A DNA stretch of 64,000 bases from contig OY763921.1 in assembly GCA_963667625.1 (NCBI GenBank), forward strand, positions 1,436,679 to 1,500,678, given 5' to 3'. This DNA is from Thermodesulfobacteriota bacterium (lineage in GTDB: Bacteria; Desulfobacterota_D; UBA1144; Nemesobacterales; Nemesobacteraceae). Of this stretch, positions 60,701 through 64,000 are shown piece by piece; positions within the stretch are counted from its first letter, which is position 1; each line of letters starts with the position of its first letter. The notes below the pieces were generated by a model. It ran no database searches and was not told the origin of the DNA. It saw only the letters and a list, made by a program, of their open reading frames with translations. Position numbers and translations under genes: made by a program.

Positions 60701-63700
60701 GGCGAGGTGATGTTCGAGACGGAGATGTTCCCTTCCGACCCATCTTGGCTGAACGACCATCGTGTCTTCGGACGGGTGGTAATGCCGGGCGCGCTGTATG
60801 GCGTTATGGCAGCGACGGTGGCGTTATCCGAAGGTGCGCAATCGGTGGATGTGGAGGATTTGCAGCTGCACAGCGCGCTGGTCTTTGCCAGGGAGGATGG
60901 CGCTGACGACACCACGCAAGCCGGGCGAAAAATCCAGGCCTTGCTGAGCACATCCGAGAGCGGGAACACACAGCATATAGAGATATTCAGCAAGGGCGAA
61001 TCCGAAGAAGGCTGGGCACTTCATGCCGAGGGCAAGGTTTCGCTTGGAGGAAGGACGCGCGGAACTGTAAATCGCGTCGATGTGAACGGATTGAAGTCGG
61101 GTATGGAGTCGCAGGATGTGGCGGCATTCTATCGCGCGCGGGAAGAAGCCAGCATCAACCTCGGACCATCGTTCCGCACTCTTCAGGGTCTTTGGGCAGC
61201 GAATGGCGAGGCGGTTGGCGAAGTGGTCCTGCCGGAAACCGTTTCGAGCAGCGGCGTCGATCTGCACCCGGTTCTTCTTGACGGATGTTTCCAGGTCTTT
61301 TCGGCGGCGTACCGTTCCTCAAGAGACGAAGGCGAGATGACCTACCTGCCTTTCGGATGGGAACGCCTGTGGCTGAGGCAGGTGCTGCCGGAACGCCTCA
61401 TCTGTCACGCCCGTTTGCGCAAAAGCGTCCGCGACAGAGAGCGGGACGAGGAGCGAGACGAAACATCGGAAGTGCTGAGCGGCGATCTCCTGTTCTACAC
61501 GCCGGATGGCACCGAGCTTGGCGGGTTGAGCGGATACATTGTGAAACGCGCCACTCGCGCGGCGTTGCTCTTGGAGACCGAAAGTCTGCACGACCTCTTA
61601 TACGAAACCGCCTGGCGCGACCGCGCCCTTGCAGACGGGATACTCCCGGCCGACTTCCTAGCGAGTCCGACAGGTGTTGCTGACCGCTTGACACCGTTCA
61701 CCGAATATCTTGCAGATGAAGGCGTGGAATCGGGCGAGCGCGTTGACTTGCTGAATGACCTTGAGAGGTTGTCGTGGTTCTATGCGCTCACGGCACTGGA
61801 GCAACTGGGGTGGGAACGCAAGGTCGGCGAATTCGTCGAACCGGAAGCCGTGCGGGAAAAGCTGAATGTCCTGCCACAACACCAGCGTGTGTTCCGCCGC
61901 ATGTTCGATCTGCTCGTCAGAGCGAAGGTGATGGAGGAAGCAGGCGATGGATTTGTAGTGAAAGTTGGAGAGGACGACCCGCTGCCAGATCATATGCCGC
62001 GCGATCCCGATGAGTTTGCAGACCAGATGAATGCGCGATACTGGCATGGTACGACCGAGATTGGACTATTCAGGCGGTGCGGTGCCGCTGTCGCTGACGT
62101 GCTCGTCGGTCAGGCGGACCCGCTGACGCTGCTGTTCAGCAGTGGAGAGCCAACCGCCGGCGACCTGTACTTGAAATCGCCGGTTGCACGTGCGGCGAAC
62201 CGGATGCTTGGGGACGCGGTTGCGGCACTCCTGGACAAGCTGCCGGAAGACCGGAGGCTGCGCGTGCTGGAGGTCGGTGCCGGCACGGGAGCGGGGACGT
62301 CGGCGGTGCTGCCCGAACTGCCGGTCGGCCGCTTTGATTACACATATACTGACATATCGGCCGGATTTTTCGCGGAAGCAGAGGGACGGTTTGGCGGAAG
62401 CGACGGGTCAATCGAATACCGTGTTCTGGATATTGAGAAGGACCCTATCGAGCAGGGCTTTGATCTTCATGGCTACGACTTGGTCATTGCCTCCAATGTG
62501 CTGCACGCCACACGCTACCTGAATGAGACGCTGGCTCACTGCCACATGCTACTCGCGCCATCGGGCCAGCTGGTGGCAGATGAGAACCTTTGTGGTCAGG
62601 GGTGGCAGGACCTGACTTTTGGGCAGTTGGACGGCTGGTGGCGCTTTGCCGACGACTACCGTACGCGCCACGCACTGGCAAGCCCCGCAGTCTGGCGACA
62701 GGCGCTCGGCGATGCGGGCTTCGGTGAAGTGGAGGTCCTGGGAGAGGGTGGACCTGACGCGACCAGTGCACCGGACAGAGGTGTGATACTGGCGCAAGGA
62801 CCTGCGGAGGTAAAGGAAACCGAAGGAGTATGGGTCCTCGCAGGTGATCAATGCGGTGTCGCAGATGAGCTGGCAGCGGAACTGGCAGCACACAACCAGA
62901 CCGTCGTGTTGGTGAGCGACCGTGCACGGTCAGACGGGGAATCATCAGAAAAAAATCGGGCAGTGATCAAAGCGACCGTGGAGATGCAGAGCCGCGAATC
63001 GTGGCGCTCGTTACTCGAAGGTCTGCCCGCGGAGGGGCCGCTCAGCGGCATTGTACATCTCGCGGCGCTGGACGGCCGCGGCGCAGACGCCTCCACCGAA
63101 GAGTTGGGCGAGGATGTAAAACACGCGGGCGGAAGCGCCCTGGCGCTCGTGCAGGGCATGGGCGATGCCGACGCCGCACCCGCGAAGGGCGTGTGGTTTA
63201 TCACGCGCGGCGGGCAGGTCCTGGAGCGGGAGCATCTCGGGCAGTTGACCGGCGCGCTGCTGTGGGGATTTGGCAAGGTAGTGACACTGGAAGCGCCCCA
63301 TCTGCAACCGAGGATGATCGACCTTGACCCCGCAAATACTGTGCCGCTGTCCGACCTCGTTAATGAGCTGATGTACCCGGATTCTGAAACTCACATCGCC
63401 TACCGCTTGGGGCTCCGTCAGGCGGCGCGCCTCGTTCGTACCGGCGCCGATACGGAGAAGTTGACCCTGCCGGAAGGGTCGCGCTGGTTCCTTGAGCCGG
63501 ACGCGGGCGGTGCACTCGAAGGACTGCAAGTGCTGGATTCGCCGGAGCGTTCACTTGAACCGAGAGAAGTTCGCGTGGCTGTGGAGGCTTCCGGGTTGAA
63601 CTTCTGGGATCTGTTCCGTGCTCTTGGCCTTATCGATGAGGGTATCTTGGGGGGCGAGATGTGCGGACATGTCCTTGAAACCGGTTCCGATGTAACGAGT

Positions 63701-64000
63701 GTGTCCGTGGGTGATCGCGTAGTTGCGCTGGCATTCGGTACTTTCAGTTCAGAGGCGGTCATGCGGGAAGAGATGGTTGCGCTCGCGCCGCCGGATGTCC
63801 CCACTTCGCAGCTTGCCACTATACCCACCGTGTTCGTTTCTGCCGCATTGTCATACGATCTGGCGAGATTGAAGCCGGGCGAGCGGGTGCTTATTCACGC
63901 AGGCGCGGGCGGTGTAGGATCGGCAGCTATCCAGCTTGCGCACGCCGCGGGCGCGGAAGTGTTCGCCACGGCCAGCGCGTCGAAACAGGCGTATGTACGC
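57764..64000 (+). CDS. Type I polyketide synthase KS-AT-DH-cMT-psiKR-ER (SupA-like), runs off the right edge
   Basis: ATG after AAGGA, 2079 codons to the edge. In-frame motifs: EPIAVVGMACRFP, DTACSSS (58361), EAHGTGT, GHSLGE, QAFHS (60125), HRVFGRVVMPG, LEVGAGTG (62267), NVLHAT, GLNFWD and IHAGAGGVG. Confidence 0.95.
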   Translation, partial: MSKKRSSDHSQATVPEPDTRNHPGSQSAEPIAVVGMACRFPRANDVSAFWRLLEAGENAVSEGTPGSGVGRISELFQNAAAQREACYFAAFIDDVDQFDAPFFRISPVEAQHLDPQQRLMLETSWQALEDAGIDPDRLKDSRTGVYAGISNNEYRGIIMEASDTAEPASSLYTVSGTSYNTAIGRVSFVLGLQGPAIAMDTACSSSLVALHQAVTGLQYGEADLALAGGVHTILSGRLLELRANAGMLAPDGRCKTFDAAANGYVRGEGCGILVLKRLSEAEADGDRIWGVIRGSAVNQDGASTGLTVPNGEAQEQVIKAALLRAGVLPSQVDYVEAHGTGTPVGDPIELQAVAAAYCKDRPAEQPLLIGSVKTNFGHLESAAGVAGVMKVLLAMNRGIIPKHLNFSDPTPAIDWRQFPLRVTSTATEWPLVSDRAPLAGISGFGWSGTNAHIVVEGYGTPSLTSNELHDRKWPAGSPRHVAISLPKTASEGAAEAPVARATRLLPLSGKTDNALRELAERYLAWLDERSMDLEPSDSAASPLLSDMAWTAGVGRSQFAHRAGVVFSDAESLRVGLKTVAEDDEGAEAEATTKVAFVYTGQGAQWMGMGKPLYEREPVVRAVLDRCERIILEERGTSLLDVMFGREDGLNDAVWAQPATYALECALTALWRSIGVSPSVVIGHSLGEFAAAQAAGVFGLEEGLRFVAKRGALLSSVPELGTMAAVFAPENQVAAAVDEYNASSESSVLSIAVDNGIHQVISGPIAAVQAVSERFEAEEINVRPLSRNQAFHSALVEPALDALEEAYKEYVVASPPSVAMVSNVTGRIVAPDEILDGRYWRRHARETVQFRRGIGILAELGTDLVIEVGPHAVLGPLVSLVWPGAANEAEEPLVLESMLRPSKDDVLPPDHDNGFMDAVAGAYEAGLTLAFDGLFAGEERRRIELPSYPFQRTRHWVDAPRRRRAAAGHPLLGTRHESPRGEVMFETEMFPSDPSWLNDHRVFGRVVMPGALYGVMAATVALSEGAQSVDVEDLQLHSALVFAREDGADDTTQAGRKIQALLSTSESGNTQHIEIFSKGESEEGWALHAEGKVSLGGRTRGTVNRVDVNGLKSGMESQDVAAFYRAREEASINLGPSFRTLQGLWAANGEAVGEVVLPETVSSSGVDLHPVLLDGCFQVFSAAYRSSRDEGEMTYLPFGWERLWLRQVLPERLICHARLRKSVRDRERDEERDETSEVLSGDLLFYTPDGTELGGLSGYIVKRATRAALLLETESLHDLLYETAWRDRALADGILPADFLASPTGVADRLTPFTEYLADEGVESGERVDLLNDLERLSWFYALTALEQLGWERKVGEFVEPEAVREKLNVLPQHQRVFRRMFDLLVRAKVMEEAGDGFVVKVGEDDPLPDHMPRDPDEFADQMNARYWHGTTEIGLFRRCGAAVADVLVGQADPLTLLFSSGEPTAGDLYLKSPVARAANRMLGDAVAALLDKLPEDRRLRVLEVGAGTGAGTSAVLPELPVGRFDYTYTDISAGFFAEAEGRFGGSDGSIEYRVLDIEKDPIEQGFDLHGYDLVIASNVLHATRYLNETLAHCHMLLAPSGQLVADENLCGQGWQDLTFGQLDGWWRFADDYRTRHALASPAVWRQALGDAGFGEVEVLGEGGPDATSAPDRGVILAQGPAEVKETEGVWVLAGDQCGVADELAAELAAHNQTVVLVSDRARSDGESSEKNRAVIKATVEMQSRESWRSLLEGLPAEGPLSGIVHLAALDGRGADASTEELGEDVKHAGGSALALVQGMGDADAAPAKGVWFITRGGQVLEREHLGQLTGALLWGFGKVVTLEAPHLQPRMIDLDPANTVPLSDLVNELMYPDSETHIAYRLGLRQAARLVRTGADTEKLTLPEGSRWFLEPDAGGALEGLQVLDSPERSLEPREVRVAVEASGLNFWDLFRALGLIDEGILGGEMCGHVLETGSDVTSVSVGDRVVALAFGTFSSEAVMREEMVALAPPDVPTSQLATIPTVFVSAALSYDLARLKPGERVLIHAGAGGVGSAAIQLAHAAGAEVFATASASKQAYVR

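Noticed and set aside
57902-63828. About 30 short ORFs listed over the PKS region
   Set aside because: They are antisense or off-frame shadows of the single GC-rich PKS frame starting at 57764.
1-64000. CRISPR array, rRNA or prophage
   Set aside because: No regularly spaced repeats, rRNA-like sequence, integrase or phage structural genes were seen.

Overview
Bacterial chromosomal window that is mostly housekeeping genes: pfk, heme synthesis, lysA, ddl, mltD, gatB, nuoF, glnE, priA, ilvB, tsaB, recA, cinA, parAB, purSQ, nuoN, ftsK and lolA, plus one tRNA-Thr(CGT). Accessory material comes in four blocks. (1) An OFA transporter and a GC-rich SDR gene flank the tRNA. (2) A 19.4-24.6 kb hotspot holds an AbiE type IV toxin-antitoxin pair, a decayed copy of the gatB promoter and 5' end, a probable IS256 remnant, a porin and an intact IS256 with an 8-bp target duplication. 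(3) A type III restriction-modification operon has a single fused MNT-HEPN gene translationally coupled between mod and res. (4) From 57764 to the window edge runs an uninterrupted type I PKS frame (KS-AT-DH-cMT-psiKR-ER, over 2000 codons) that the ORF track misses and that resembles SupA-type PKSs of sponge symbionts. Other oddities are a tandem OGG2 pair whose second copy lacks the catalytic Lys, a HemD-HemE fusion, a TusA-CysM-Mec trio lacking a ubiquitin-like carrier, and a phosphodiesterase coupled to glnE. A sponge-symbiont, Dadabacteria-like host is only an inference. All calls come from motif recognition; no searches were run.
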